In this document: positions 48,031 through 58,589 of the stretch, one piece after another
Position numbering within the stretch: position 1 is the stretch's first letter
Layout: the number at the start of each line of letters is the position of its first letter
DNA from: a virus
Virus record (IMG/VR): IMGVR_UViG_3300047170_000049
Coordinates: 95,289 to 159,288 of that record
Length of the DNA stretch: 64,000 nt
Reading direction: 5' to 3' (one strand)
Translations under genes and position numbers: made by a program
The notes under the pieces: generated by a model
What the model was told of the DNA's origin: nothing
The model's input: the letters and a program-made list of their open reading frames with translations, nothing else
The model's database searches: none

Positions 48031-50640
48031 TTAATCACTTACTCGTTCGATACAAACATAACCAATATACGTTGGTGCTGCCCCACCTGCGTAGGTGTTA
48101 GTTCCTGCATCAAGAACTATTGATATGTAATCAGTATTAGACGTTAATCTAACAGTGGCTGAACCACTCTTGACTCCGTTTTCATTGGTAAATAAATAAG
48201 TATCTGGTGCGCCGTTAACCCATACGGTGTTCGTTCCTTGGGGAGTTCCAGAAGCATCCGAAGCCATTGTTACTCGGTAGATTCCAGGACGGCCTGGTGT
48301 ATATCTCCAGGGGTTTGCTCCAGCTACGGTCACTGCATTATTATCGTCATAAATCTTAGTATCAAAGTTGATTGTATTACCACCACTTACCGTTTGAGTA
48401 GACCCTATGACATATTTAACAGCCACATTATTTGTTGACGTATTACTATTGGTTACGCGAACAATCTTGAATGTGGTGCCTTGATTTGTGGAATAGTCAC
48501 TGTAGGTGGTAGCACCAGAAACTAGTACGCGAATTACATCGCCTACATCAAAATAATCTGTAACGGTCATCTTAACCGTTGAGAAGTTACCACCAGCTAA
48601 TACAACGTTAAACACGTCGAGAACGTTGGGGTCACTTGCCCCTGTACCACCAAGAACCGTTGTGTTCTTAGTTAGGTTAAATTGTTGCAAACTTTCAGCT
48701 ATTAAAGTCGCATCAGTCGTATGGAATTCTACAGCGTACATTCCTGGTGTTTGGATTGTGAATGAATCACCTAAAGCCGCATCTTGAGCTAGGGTTACAT
48801 CTGAACCAATGCTTTCAACTACGCTAGCAAAGCGCATAACAGTCGTATTTGTCGAGCCGATGCCATTGGTACCAGCTAAATTAATCTTCGATTGAGTTGT
48901 TGCGTATGCGCCTGCATACACGGCACCGTTAAAACTTGAACCACCAGTCATTTGATTGGAAGTGTCCATCCAAATAGAAACCTGGTCGCCTTTATTAAGC
49001 TGCATTACTCTGCCGCCACCACATTGTGCAGATGATATGCCTTGAGCAATTACTTTGCTTGAAGCGCCATTATTCGTGACGATAAAAACATCAACATTGC
49101 TAGCGGTCATACTTCCAGTAAAATTAAACTGGAAGGTGCAATCGTAAGGTGCGGTAAAAAACCCAGTCGATGGGTTATAAACGTTTTGACCATTAAATTC
49201 CACTGAATCAAAGAGCACGTTGGTGTTAGCACCAAATGAAGTTCCAGTTGATAGGTATGCTGAAAAAGCTAATGGCTTACGTTGAGTAATTGGATTAACT
49301 GCACCGTTGTTACTTGGTTTAGCCACTTCACGAGCAACTAATACGGCGTTACTCACTATAAGGCTAGCACCACCGCCATTAACCACTTGCATAGTGTACA
49401 CGTTAGTACCTAATGGTGGATTGAGGTCAGTGAAACGAATTGAACTAGATGGTAACAATAAGTATGAACCAGATGGAGCCGTTCCTAATTCAGATTGCTC
49501 TATCCCAATTACAGTTCCATTTCTAAGAAATTGGAATTGTGACGAAGCGAAACTACCTGAAGCGGCTTGTAAACCAACAGTAGCAGTGCCATTACCCAAA
49601 CCATCATACTGAAGCCATAAATCTACGGGTAATCCAGTTGATGTGATGGTAGCTTGAAGATTTGTTACTGGTGTAGGACTTCCAGAAGCCGTAGTAAATC
49701 CACCACTAGAGCCTGATACCATTTGAGTAGGAGCACCTGAACCAATGACGGTTGATACAAGCTCTGCGTACATATAAAAGCTAGCACTACCACCGCGAAG
49801 GTACATAGTACCTCCAGTGTTGTAGCCTTGAATGTCAAAGACGTATGTAACGCCACCGTCTAAACGATAAGTGGACTGAATTAATACTGAAGCAATGTCG
49901 CCTGAATCACTAGCGGCGTAAATTTCGCCTTGAGATTCTGATAAAAGCGTAGCGTTGGCACTTGTGTTCCAGATTCTAGCCACGGCTTCATTAGAAGCTC
50001 CGACCTGATAAATAGAAGCATTGGAGTAGACCTTGTAAATCCCGCTATATGTAGGAGTGAAGGTCAAAGCAGGACTAGTGCTGAAAGTTTGAAACGCACC
50101 GCTAATACCTGCACTTTGCGTACTAACAATACTTGACGTGTAGAAGTTAGGAGCGGTTAATACGCCGCCAACACCTGTAGCTTCCATTGCAAATGGACTT
50201 TGTAAGCCCTGTAAATAAATCGAGCTTGAATTTACACTTCCTTGAATGTCAAAAACATAAGTAGTGCCAGCAACTAATTCATAAATAGAGAAGCAGTAAA
50301 TGCTTGCGCCTCTATCACCAGTATTACCATAAATAGCCGCTTGTGACTCTTTTATAAGAGTTGCGCCACCACTAGTATTAAAGATGCGAATGTTACCATA
50401 ACCACCAGCACTGGCAGAATAAAGAAATGGTGCCGCTTCTACCTTGTACGTTCCACTTACGGAAGGAGTAAAGGTAAACGCAGGACTATTATCGAAAGTC
50501 TCGAACGTTCCTGAAGTAATTGGCGTAGTGGTATCAATAGTAACTAGATTAGAAGTAAAATTGGCAAACGCAGGGGCAAACGCCACATCGAGCGGCGTGT
50601 TAGTTGGTAGCCCCTGGTTTAATGTTAGAAAACTTTTCAC
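48031..50640 (-). CDS. multi-domain receptor-binding protein (C1q/TNF-like domains)
   Basis: AFSAY...FDSVEFN...YNPSTGFFTAP; repeated beta-sandwich modules. Confidence 0.65.
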   Translation of the reverse strand: MKSFLTLNQGLPTNTPLDVAFAPAFANFTSNLVTIDTTTPITSGTFETFDNSPAFTFTPSVSGTYKVEAAPFLYSASAGGYGNIRIFNTSGGATLIKESQAAIYGNTGDRGASIYCFSIYELVAGTTYVFDIQGSVNSSSIYLQGLQSPFAMEATGVGGVLTAPNFYTSSIVSTQSAGISGAFQTFSTSPALTFTPTYSGIYKVYSNASIYQVGASNEAVARIWNTSANATLLSESQGEIYAASDSGDIASVLIQSTYRLDGGVTYVFDIQGYNTGGTMYLRGGSASFYMYAELVSTVIGSGAPTQMVSGSSGGFTTASGSPTPVTNLQATITSTGLPVDLWLQYDGLGNGTATVGLQAASGSFASSQFQFLRNGTVIGIEQSELGTAPSGSYLLLPSSSIRFTDLNPPLGTNVYTMQVVNGGGASLIVSNAVLVAREVAKPSNNGAVNPITQRKPLAFSAYLSTGTSFGANTNVLFDSVEFNGQNVYNPSTGFFTAPYDCTFQFNFTGSMTASNVDVFIVTNNGASSKVIAQGISSAQCGGGRVMQLNKGDQVSIWMDTSNQMTGGSSFNGAVYAGAYATTQSKINLAGTNGIGSTNTTVMRFASVVESIGSDVTLAQDAALGDSFTIQTPGMYAVEFHTTDATLIAESLQQFNLTKNTTVLGGTGASDPNVLDVFNVVLAGGNFSTVKMTVTDYFDVGDVIRVLVSGATTYSDYSTNQGTTFKIVRVTNSNTSTNNVAVKYVIGSTQTVSGGNTINFDTKIYDDNNAVTVAGANPWRYTPGRPGIYRVTMASDASGTPQGTNTVWVNGAPDTYLFTNENGVKSGSATVRLTSNTDYISIVLDAGTNTYAGGAAPTYIGYVCIERVSD

Positions 50641-50649
50641 TTAATTACC

Positions 50650-50657
50650 TATATCAC
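50650..50657 (-). promoter_or_regulatory. GTGATATA promoter motif (class II)
   Basis: Just upstream of 48031-50640. Confidence 0.45.
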
Positions 50658-50684
50658 AATCTGAGGCAAAACTAGGGAAATAAC

Positions 50685-53600
50685 TTAGTTAATTCCTAAT
50701 AATTGTTTGCCATCGACGAGGATTTGACTTTGAGATAATACGATACCAATTTTGTAGACGGCGCTGCCAGATGCTGAAGGTGCAGTGGTTGAGAAACCGC
50801 CTCCATCGACAACATACACTGCGTGACCAATGTCTGCAGTGCTGAAGAGCGAATCCCCAGATTGGAGTGCATAAATACCTTGCATGGTGGTCGCAACGTT
50901 AGTTCCACTAGTACCAGCACCTGAAGCTGCTAATCCAATTGCCCAGAAGGTTAAATTAGAAGCTGCGTTAGAAGCTTGTGCTCTATACAATTCAGCGGCA
51001 GTTTGACCTAAAGCATTAATACCAAAGATTACTGCGTAGGTCGTATTAGCGGTCACTGTTTCGCCAAGTGGATAGTTAGCAGATACCGTTCCAGCACCAG
51101 CAACGGACAATTGATTGCTGCCGTTGAGTACGATGGTCGTATTATCAATTTGTACGGCCAAACCAGCGCTTGTAGTTGTAAGTGCGCTTGTTGGGTCGTT
51201 TTGAACAACTAAGCTTCCAGGTGTAGCTAGTAATGAAGCATCCCCAGGAGTTACGTCAACGTTCTGACCAGTTTGGGTTAGACCGTTTCTGAAGATTAAA
51301 GGCATTACAGAGCTAAACTTGCTCCATAAGATATTGCTTGTACCAATTGTGATTGGTGCGATGGTTGTTTGAACAAATGCTGTTCCAGCATACGCCGTAC
51401 CTTCATCAACAAATACTGCCGCGGCTACTAATTCGGTGCCAGTGCTTGCATCTAATGCGCGAGTCCATGTGCTTGCATTAACAATGTATATGCCGTTATC
51501 AGTTTGTGCAGTTTGACCTGAAACTAATACGCGGTCGCCAGCAATTAATGAAACTCCATCAATAGTTTGTGGACCACTTAGCGTTATGTTGGAGTCTGCA
51601 TTAGCCCGTACTGGATTTTTCCATGCAATACCTTGTGCGATACTATCAACATAATTCTTGGTAGCTGCATCTTGCGCTGAAGTTGGGTCAGCAAGGTTAT
51701 TAATTTGGTTTGAGTTCATGTTAACAGCGCCAGAGAATGAACCCGTTGTAGCTGTTAAAGCGGCTACGGCGATATTACCTGAACTATCTCGTTCAACTAA
51801 TGTTGAAGGAGTAGCGGCAGCGGTAGCTGAATCGACTTCAGTCACTGCATTAGCTACGTCGGCGGCAGTTTTACCACCTACGAAAGCGACCGTGGTAACG
51901 GCTGTTCCTGCAGTGGCAGGAGAAGTAACGTCACCAGCTAATCCACTAATACCAGTTGAGACTGGAAGAGCAAGTTGTGAATCGTAAACGACCACGAACA
52001 TTGCATTGGTATTCTTAGGACGGGTTTCGCTTGATTCGCCATAAGCTTGAGTGGAGTTATATCCAGGGGCACTGTTACCACCACCGCCTGAACCACCACC
52101 TACAGGAGCATCTGTGTATTGGGTCGTGTACAAGTTGTGAGCATGGCTTTCAACTGCGAAAGCTTGAGTCGAACCAACGTTGTCGCCTGCAGAACCGCCA
52201 TTAGTAGCGGTACGGCTTGCAGCATCAGGGTCGTTACCTGCACCATGGTCCCAACCTCGGATAAACATACCGCGATAGTCAGGGAGGTTAAAGGTAGTGC
52301 TACCATCGCCGACACCGTAATTGGTGCCTATAGCTGCGAATAGTAAGCTGTATGTGGTACGAGAAACGGCAGAACCGTCACACTCTAATGTTCCAGGAGG
52401 CACTGCACCCATACCGACTTGAAGTATTTGACCAACAATCGCTACAGGAGTGGTGTTGTTATTATAAAGAAGACTAATCCAAGCGCCGCCTTCGTAGATT
52501 CGAGCGTAACCGAGAGTAGTATCGTAATAACACCAACCGTTTTGTGGACTGGAAGGAGCACTTGCAAGTTGTGCAAGGTTCAATGAGCCAGTCATTGTGG
52601 TTGAGCCGTCTAGAGCTAAGTCTGCAGTAGCATGACCACCGAGATGACCTGAACCGTCGTAAGCAACTAAGCTTCCAGGAGTAGGGGTTGTTGCAGCGGC
52701 AGCAACTTCATCGACCGTACTAGCGATAGTAGAAGCAGATTTACCACCGACTGTTAATACGGTTGTGGTAGCAACGCCTGATGTTTCAGTTGAAGTGACA
52801 TCGCCAGTAATACCAGTGATACCAGTCGCAATGGGTAGAGCCATTTGACTGTCGTAGATAATACCGAACATTGCACTTAAGTTCTTAGGACGTGTTTCGT
52901 TACCGCCATAAAAACCAGTTGGGGGATTACCTAAGAAAGCTCCAGTAGCTCCAAATAAAGTGCTTCCGCTAGTTCCACCACTACCGTTGTATAAAGGTGG
53001 CAATGAATGGTCGTGGCTTATAACTTGGTCAGCTTGATAAGAACCGACGTTATCGCCTGAAGCACCACCGTTTACGGAAGTACGAGAAGCTGCATCGGGG
53101 TCATGACCAGCACCATGGTCCCAACCTCTGATGAAGTAACCTCTGAAGTCAGGTAAGTTAAATGTGGTTGAACCATCACCGACACCGTATGAAGTGCCAA
53201 TGGCCATGAATAATTGTTGATAAGTAGTACGACTGACTGCAGAGCCATCACACTCTAATACGCCTGAAGGTACAGCGCCGAAGCCTAATTGAACGATTTG
53301 ACCTACGATAGCGACTGGTGTCGTATTGTTATTATAAAGTAAGCTAATCCAAGCTCCACCTTCATAAATACGAGCATAACCTAATGTGGTGTCGTAATAC
53401 GCTTGACCGTTGAATGGTGAAGAAGGTGCAGAGGCAAGTTGAGCTAGTGCAATTGCACCAGTCATTGGACGGCTACCATCTAGGGGAAGGTCTAATGAAG
53501 CATCCCCAGTGATAGAAGCGGTAATTATGTTGGCAGAGAAATTACCTGAGCTATCTCTTTCAACTAATGTTGAAGGAGTATCTGCATCGGTAGCTGTTGA

Positions 53601-55175
53601 TACGGCTACTGCAGCGGCAGCAACGGCAGCGGCTAATTGTCCACCGACCTGAACGACGGTAGCTGTAGCAGCACCTGGGCCACTTGCAGTAACATCGCCA
53701 TTTAATGATGTGATAGCTGAACCTGATACGCCTGCTAATGCAGTGTCGATACCAGTCAATGCACCCTTAACGGTAGGCGCTGAAGGTGTGAAGTTCGTAT
53801 AAGAATCATCATCACCAATTAAAGTAGAACCTGCCGTTGGAGAAGTTTCGCTAGCGAGAGTTGCTAGGGTAGCCGCTTCGGTAGCAGCGTCTTGAGTATC
53901 AACATAATTCTTTGTAGCAGCATCTTGAGCGTTAGTAGGATTTTGAACGTTTACGATTGGAGTAGAGTTCATATCCAATTCGAGGGCTTGAACTAATACT
54001 TTACCTCTAGTGCCAGTACCAGTAGGAGCGGCAGTTGTTAAACTAATGCTACCTGAATTAGAGTTGGCAGTTGAAGGAGGTGTGGTTTGGATTGTAACAC
54101 CAAGACTTGCGCCTGATGCGTCCGTACCAGCCAACAATAGTAATTGGCCCATTTCAGAGGTTAATGAACCAATGTCATTACCTGCACCGTCATTGACGAA
54201 GAAGTTAGCAGCGTCAACGCTGATGAAAGGTAGTGCGGTAGAACCAATTGCGCGTGTGCCGATTGCACCAGGGAGTAGGTCTTGGTTCAATGCTGTAGGT
54301 GAAGTTAAGTTGCTTAAGCTTTGATTAGCTGCATCTGAGCTAACACCAGCTAAAGCCAAATCAATCGCAGTTAAAGCACCTTTGACGGTAGCTGTAAGTG
54401 GAGTGAAGTGTGTATATGAGTTGTCATCACCAATTAAAGTAGAACCTGCATTAGGTGCAGTGGACGAAGCGAGTTCGGCCATTGAGTCATAATTGGTTTG
54501 TAAGTAGTTGAGAGTAACAGCGTCTTGAGCGGCTGCAGGGTCAGCAAGGTTATTAATTTGGTTAGCGCCCATGTTAATAGCGCCAGACATTGTACCGCCT
54601 GCCAAAGCTAAGTCTTCAGTAGCATGTCCACCTAATTCTCCTGAACCATTATATGCAGCGAGAACATTAGGAGTGCCGCCAGCGGAATGCGAATTGGCAA
54701 CGGCGGCAGTTGCGGAAGCGACGTTGGCTGCACTTTGACCACCAACCGAGTTGACAGTAGCAACGGAAGAGCCAGGACCCATTGCTGATACATCACCAGT
54801 CAATGCGCTGATACCACCACCAACTACTGAAGCTAGGGCAGCGTCGATTGCGGTAAGGGCACCTTTAACCGTGGTCGTTAATGGAGTAAAGTTTGTATAA
54901 GAATTATCATCGCCTACGAGCATTGAGCCTGAAGAGCCCGATACTGCATTAGCTAGGTCAGCTACACGAGTATAAATGCCATCATGTAAGTGGTAAGACG
55001 AATCGAGGTTCGTACCATTTTGAACATTAAGTAATCTTAGGGCAATAGCTGATGTTAACTGCGTCCCAGAGAGACCACCAACGTATATTGAATTCGTCAC
55101 CAAGTCGTTTGCGGTCAAATCGACGTTGGCAATCAAGCCATTCAATACCTGTGCTAATTTAGTTATTTGTGCCAT
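50685..55175 (-). CDS. large tail fibre with two collar domains and internal repeats
   Basis: 2x LECDGSAVSRTTY..LF.AIGT.YG.GDGSTTFNLPD.RG; DAATKNYVD repeats; GDRVLV..QT....NGIY. Confidence 0.85.
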   Translation of the reverse strand: MAQITKLAQVLNGLIANVDLTANDLVTNSIYVGGLSGTQLTSAIALRLLNVQNGTNLDSSYHLHDGIYTRVADLANAVSGSSGSMLVGDDNSYTNFTPLTTTVKGALTAIDAALASVVGGGISALTGDVSAMGPGSSVATVNSVGGQSAANVASATAAVANSHSAGGTPNVLAAYNGSGELGGHATEDLALAGGTMSGAINMGANQINNLADPAAAQDAVTLNYLQTNYDSMAELASSTAPNAGSTLIGDDNSYTHFTPLTATVKGALTAIDLALAGVSSDAANQSLSNLTSPTALNQDLLPGAIGTRAIGSTALPFISVDAANFFVNDGAGNDIGSLTSEMGQLLLLAGTDASGASLGVTIQTTPPSTANSNSGSISLTTAAPTGTGTRGKVLVQALELDMNSTPIVNVQNPTNAQDAATKNYVDTQDAATEAATLATLASETSPTAGSTLIGDDDSYTNFTPSAPTVKGALTGIDTALAGVSGSAITSLNGDVTASGPGAATATVVQVGGQLAAAVAAAAVAVSTATDADTPSTLVERDSSGNFSANIITASITGDASLDLPLDGSRPMTGAIALAQLASAPSSPFNGQAYYDTTLGYARIYEGGAWISLLYNNNTTPVAIVGQIVQLGFGAVPSGVLECDGSAVSRTTYQQLFMAIGTSYGVGDGSTTFNLPDFRGYFIRGWDHGAGHDPDAASRTSVNGGASGDNVGSYQADQVISHDHSLPPLYNGSGGTSGSTLFGATGAFLGNPPTGFYGGNETRPKNLSAMFGIIYDSQMALPIATGITGITGDVTSTETSGVATTTVLTVGGKSASTIASTVDEVAAAATTPTPGSLVAYDGSGHLGGHATADLALDGSTTMTGSLNLAQLASAPSSPQNGWCYYDTTLGYARIYEGGAWISLLYNNNTTPVAIVGQILQVGMGAVPPGTLECDGSAVSRTTYSLLFAAIGTNYGVGDGSTTFNLPDYRGMFIRGWDHGAGNDPDAASRTATNGGSAGDNVGSTQAFAVESHAHNLYTTQYTDAPVGGGSGGGGNSAPGYNSTQAYGESSETRPKNTNAMFVVVYDSQLALPVSTGISGLAGDVTSPATAGTAVTTVAFVGGKTAADVANAVTEVDSATAAATPSTLVERDSSGNIAVAALTATTGSFSGAVNMNSNQINNLADPTSAQDAATKNYVDSIAQGIAWKNPVRANADSNITLSGPQTIDGVSLIAGDRVLVSGQTAQTDNGIYIVNASTWTRALDASTGTELVAAAVFVDEGTAYAGTAFVQTTIAPITIGTSNILWSKFSSVMPLIFRNGLTQTGQNVDVTPGDASLLATPGSLVVQNDPTSALTTTSAGLAVQIDNTTIVLNGSNQLSVAGAGTVSANYPLGETVTANTTYAVIFGINALGQTAAELYRAQASNAASNLTFWAIGLAASGAGTSGTNVATTMQGIYALQSGDSLFSTADIGHAVYVVDGGGFSTTAPSASGSAVYKIGIVLSQSQILVDGKQLLGIN

Positions 55176-55214
55176 TTTTAATACCTATCCTTAAAGTTGC
55201 AATGATACTTAAAT

Positions 55215-55224
55215 CATTAAGATT
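55215..55224 (-). promoter_or_regulatory. AATCTTAATG candidate late promoter (class III)
   Basis: Identical 10-mer at 58471-58480, both about 40-46 nt upstream of minus-strand genes. Confidence 0.45.
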
Positions 55225-55259
55225 ATTGCCTAAGTTGTTCATTTCACTGATAAAAAATC

Positions 55260-58136
55260 TTATAACTGACCCACAAAATGAGGTTGGAAATAAAGGTTGT
55301 TGCCATCGACCACACCGACAATAACCACATTAAATCCAGTAGGATAGGTGGGTGTTGAGGGTGGAGTAGAGGTCATAACGCCTGGGGTTTGACTCAAATA
55401 GAGGTATGCTCCGTGCGTAAATCCACTAAGGATTGCAGGGATATAGCCGCTATAGGCCACTAAGCCTGATGCGCTGTTAGCGATTGAGTTAACGGTTACT
55501 CCAATGACTCGACTTTGGTTGGCCACTGAGCCCGTAGCGGGTGCAATGTTACCAGGTGAAGGCGAGTAGACTGGAGTGCCTGCAGGGATAGTTGAGCCTG
55601 AAGTATTAACACAAGTCTTGCTGAGGTAGTTTTGGCCTGAACCTGCCACCAAAGCGTTAAGCGTTGCGGTAATGTCCGTATCAATGCTATTTCCTACAAA
55701 GTGTAAGTCATGGCTGTTATCGACATAGAGACCGTCTTGGCCAGAAGCTAATGGGGAAGAGCTTACTGGAGTGAGTTGAAGTCCAGTGGGGTCGATTACG
55801 CCTGTTACTTCAATGTCACCATTGAATATTGCGGCCTTCTCTGAGCCTGAAGCTGTGATGGTTACTGGTTGTCCAGGTACGTTCGCGATGGTATTTCCAC
55901 CGTTGTAGGCATTTTGGAGTGAACCGCCACCTGCCGTAGAGTTAATCGTAACTCCGTTAGCACCAGGGGTTAGAGTAATGTTCGAGCCTGCTACTAAAGA
56001 TTTGAACTGAGCATCGGTGCCAGACACGCCTGCAGCAATTCCAACACCCGTACCAAGGTTAGAGATGGTAGCAATGCCACCGCCTCCACCACCACCGCTT
56101 GAATTATTGCCGCCGATGGTAGCAATACGGAAGTGAACGCGTGAATCATTAGGTAATGCGTAGTTAAATGAGATGTGCTGGTTATCAATTGCAATCCAGT
56201 CGGCACTTCCACCTTGGGTCTTATAAAGTTGGTTGAGGTAAACTTGTAAGAAACCCGCTGAAGGCGAGAAGAACTGAGGATTATTACTGTCACGCGTATT
56301 ATTTGGAAGCGTGATGCTGGTATTAGCTGCTAATCCAGTGGGGTAATAAATCTCTTCGTCATAAACTGGAGTTGAAATCGTCTGGTCAATCTTACCTATG
56401 GCTTGTGTGAGGTTTTGACCATCGGTAACGACTGTTAATGGACGAGTGGAGTATTGAGAATAAATAGGAGTTGAGTCAGTTTCACTCGTCGAACCAATGT
56501 ATTGTAGGGTTTGACTTGAAACGTGGTCATCAATGTTGATGCTTTCGCCTTGGTTTAGAGCGCCAAAGTTACGGATATAGATTTTAGCTGTATCGGCAAC
56601 TGTACCACCTGAGCTTGAACCATCTGCATCACCAGTTTGAATGTAAGTGAATGATGTGGTTGTGGGCACGGTAGCAACGTTGAATTGACCGTCGTATGTG
56701 GTATCGGCCACACCAGCAATCTCTACGGTTTGTCCCACGGGAATGTTATGTGGGGCAGCGGTGACAACGGTGGTAATACCGCTTGCACGACTAATACTGG
56801 AAATCGTCGCCGTATTAAATGCGAAGTCATCACGTTTGAAGAACCAATAAGTATTAGCTGATGCAGGAACATTAACTGGGTCTGCAACGGCCATGGTGTA
56901 ATTCTGGATTGACTTTGTAGCTTGGTCGAATGTGGTTACGCCTGTGTAACCCTTATCGAGAGTAATCACTGCACCAGTAATGTCAGTGATTTTACGCCAT
57001 ACTGAGATGTCGCCACCCTTTGGTTTAATCCAATCGCCTACGGAAATATTCAATACGGTTCCTAAACCTTGTACGGTCACTGAACCATTGGTGAATGTGA
57101 ATTCATTGGAGGGTTGGAAGTCAATATCACGTTGGAGTGAGATGTAACCGACTTGTTGGTCTAAGAGGTTAAGTGAACCTGGAGCGATTTGATAAATCAA
57201 ATCACCCGTAATGGACTTAACGAATAAGTCTGAAGTCCATGAGATTTGCCCTGGAGTAACGTTTGAGTGGACAAATACGCCTGCACCGTCGATTAACGAG
57301 TCATTGGAGTCTTGCCAGTCAGTGAATACGCTGATGCCTGTAGCTTGCGTAGAACCGTTTGTGTACCAGTAAGCGCCGCCGTTCAATTGCTTGAGCACGG
57401 TCATTACTGCGTCCATCCATTGCTTGAAATTGGTCAAGTCCCAATCACCGCCTACGAATGGGTCAGCGGCTGAACTACCAGAAATGGTCAATGGATTTTC
57501 TAATGCAGGATTGAATACGAAGGTGTTGTTTGGATTAGGTGTAGCGCCACCAGTTCCAAGACGAAATAAGCTTTGTTTACAATTAGTGATTTCTAAGATT
57601 TGGTTTGACGCATTAGTTTGTACGATAGCGATAGGCGCATTAGTTCCAAAGCCAGTCGTATTAATAACGAATTGGTAGTTTAATACGATACCAGTTGGAA
57701 CGGTACGAGTGAATTCGACTTTAGCGTCAACGTCCCAAAATGAAAGCAAGTCATCTGTGCTCGAATCAGTTGCTTTAGAGAACTGAACGGCAATGTAGTT
57801 AGTGGAGTTAGCAGTGAAAGAGCCTGTTACTTTCGTATTAGCTGAGTTGAGTTGTTCAGGATTAGTTCCAGGTGCGACGCGAAGAAATGAACCATTGGGG
57901 TCGGTGGGTATCGTTACGATTGCACCGTCAACACTGACCTGTAGGGAAGCTGCAGGAGCATTGATTGCCGTGGGTGTGTTGATTAAGGTGAAGCCCGACA
58001 AGATGTAAGGCGTGTCATTCTGGAAGATTTCCCAAAGGGTTTTAAAGTCATAGATGACGCCATCTTCGATTTCTCGAATCATGGGCACATCGACTCTAAG
58101 CTGTGATAACCAATTGATAGACTGTTTGACTGCCAT
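55260..58136 (-). CDS. virion structural protein (baseplate/fibre-like)
   Basis: 958 aa Gly/Thr/Asn-rich; T.APH...GQTV.I.GV module; structural block. Confidence 0.65.
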   Translation of the reverse strand: MAVKQSINWLSQLRVDVPMIREIEDGVIYDFKTLWEIFQNDTPYILSGFTLINTPTAINAPAASLQVSVDGAIVTIPTDPNGSFLRVAPGTNPEQLNSANTKVTGSFTANSTNYIAVQFSKATDSSTDDLLSFWDVDAKVEFTRTVPTGIVLNYQFVINTTGFGTNAPIAIVQTNASNQILEITNCKQSLFRLGTGGATPNPNNTFVFNPALENPLTISGSSAADPFVGGDWDLTNFKQWMDAVMTVLKQLNGGAYWYTNGSTQATGISVFTDWQDSNDSLIDGAGVFVHSNVTPGQISWTSDLFVKSITGDLIYQIAPGSLNLLDQQVGYISLQRDIDFQPSNEFTFTNGSVTVQGLGTVLNISVGDWIKPKGGDISVWRKITDITGAVITLDKGYTGVTTFDQATKSIQNYTMAVADPVNVPASANTYWFFKRDDFAFNTATISSISRASGITTVVTAAPHNIPVGQTVEIAGVADTTYDGQFNVATVPTTTSFTYIQTGDADGSSSGGTVADTAKIYIRNFGALNQGESINIDDHVSSQTLQYIGSTSETDSTPIYSQYSTRPLTVVTDGQNLTQAIGKIDQTISTPVYDEEIYYPTGLAANTSITLPNNTRDSNNPQFFSPSAGFLQVYLNQLYKTQGGSADWIAIDNQHISFNYALPNDSRVHFRIATIGGNNSSGGGGGGGIATISNLGTGVGIAAGVSGTDAQFKSLVAGSNITLTPGANGVTINSTAGGGSLQNAYNGGNTIANVPGQPVTITASGSEKAAIFNGDIEVTGVIDPTGLQLTPVSSSPLASGQDGLYVDNSHDLHFVGNSIDTDITATLNALVAGSGQNYLSKTCVNTSGSTIPAGTPVYSPSPGNIAPATGSVANQSRVIGVTVNSIANSASGLVAYSGYIPAILSGFTHGAYLYLSQTPGVMTSTPPSTPTYPTGFNVVIVGVVDGNNLYFQPHFVGQL

Positions 58137-58146
58137 AATTAAATCC

Positions 58147-58425
58147 TTAAACCGTTAAATCGCAAGTAATGACAAGTGGGTTGTAAGCGGGTTGGCCGCA
58201 TTTCATGCAAGAAGGTGGGACGGTCCCACCCCACATGCCTGGTGGGTATTGATGCTGACACGGGCCATAAATAGGCTGAAGCTGCACTGGGTGAATATGA
58301 TTATGAAAAGGCTGCGCTTGTCTAAGTACCTGAATTAATTGGTCTTTTGCTTCAATGACTTGCTGCAGAGTCTTGATTTGTTCTTGCAATAGCGCAACGG
58401 TGTCTAGATTTTCTTTAGAGTCCAT
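58147..58425 (-). CDS. small coiled-coil plus Cys/His protein
   Basis: CQHQY...CMKCG. Confidence 0.55.
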   Translation of the reverse strand: MDSKENLDTVALLQEQIKTLQQVIEAKDQLIQVLRQAQPFHNHIHPVQLQPIYGPCQHQYPPGMWGGTVPPSCMKCGQPAYNPLVITCDLTV

Positions 58426-58470
58426 AATTTACCTTAAATATAGAGAAGCAGAGATGGTGGGAAATAACTA

Positions 58471-58480
58471 CATTAAGATT
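58471..58480 (-). promoter_or_regulatory. AATCTTAATG candidate late promoter (class III)
   Basis: Head of minus-strand structural block. Confidence 0.45.
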
Positions 58481-58521
58481 TTAAGCTAACTACTTAATAT
58501 CATTATGTTTTAATTTTCTTC

Positions 58522-58548
58522 TAAAGTTTCTTTTGAACTTACCGATAG
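58522..58548 (+). promoter_or_regulatory. sigma28 (FliA)-type promoter
   Basis: TAAA-N15(GTTT...)-ACCGATAG. Confidence 0.8.
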
Positions 58549-58589
58549 GATATATGTAGGGCATAACAACAAACATTAAAAGGTGGGAT

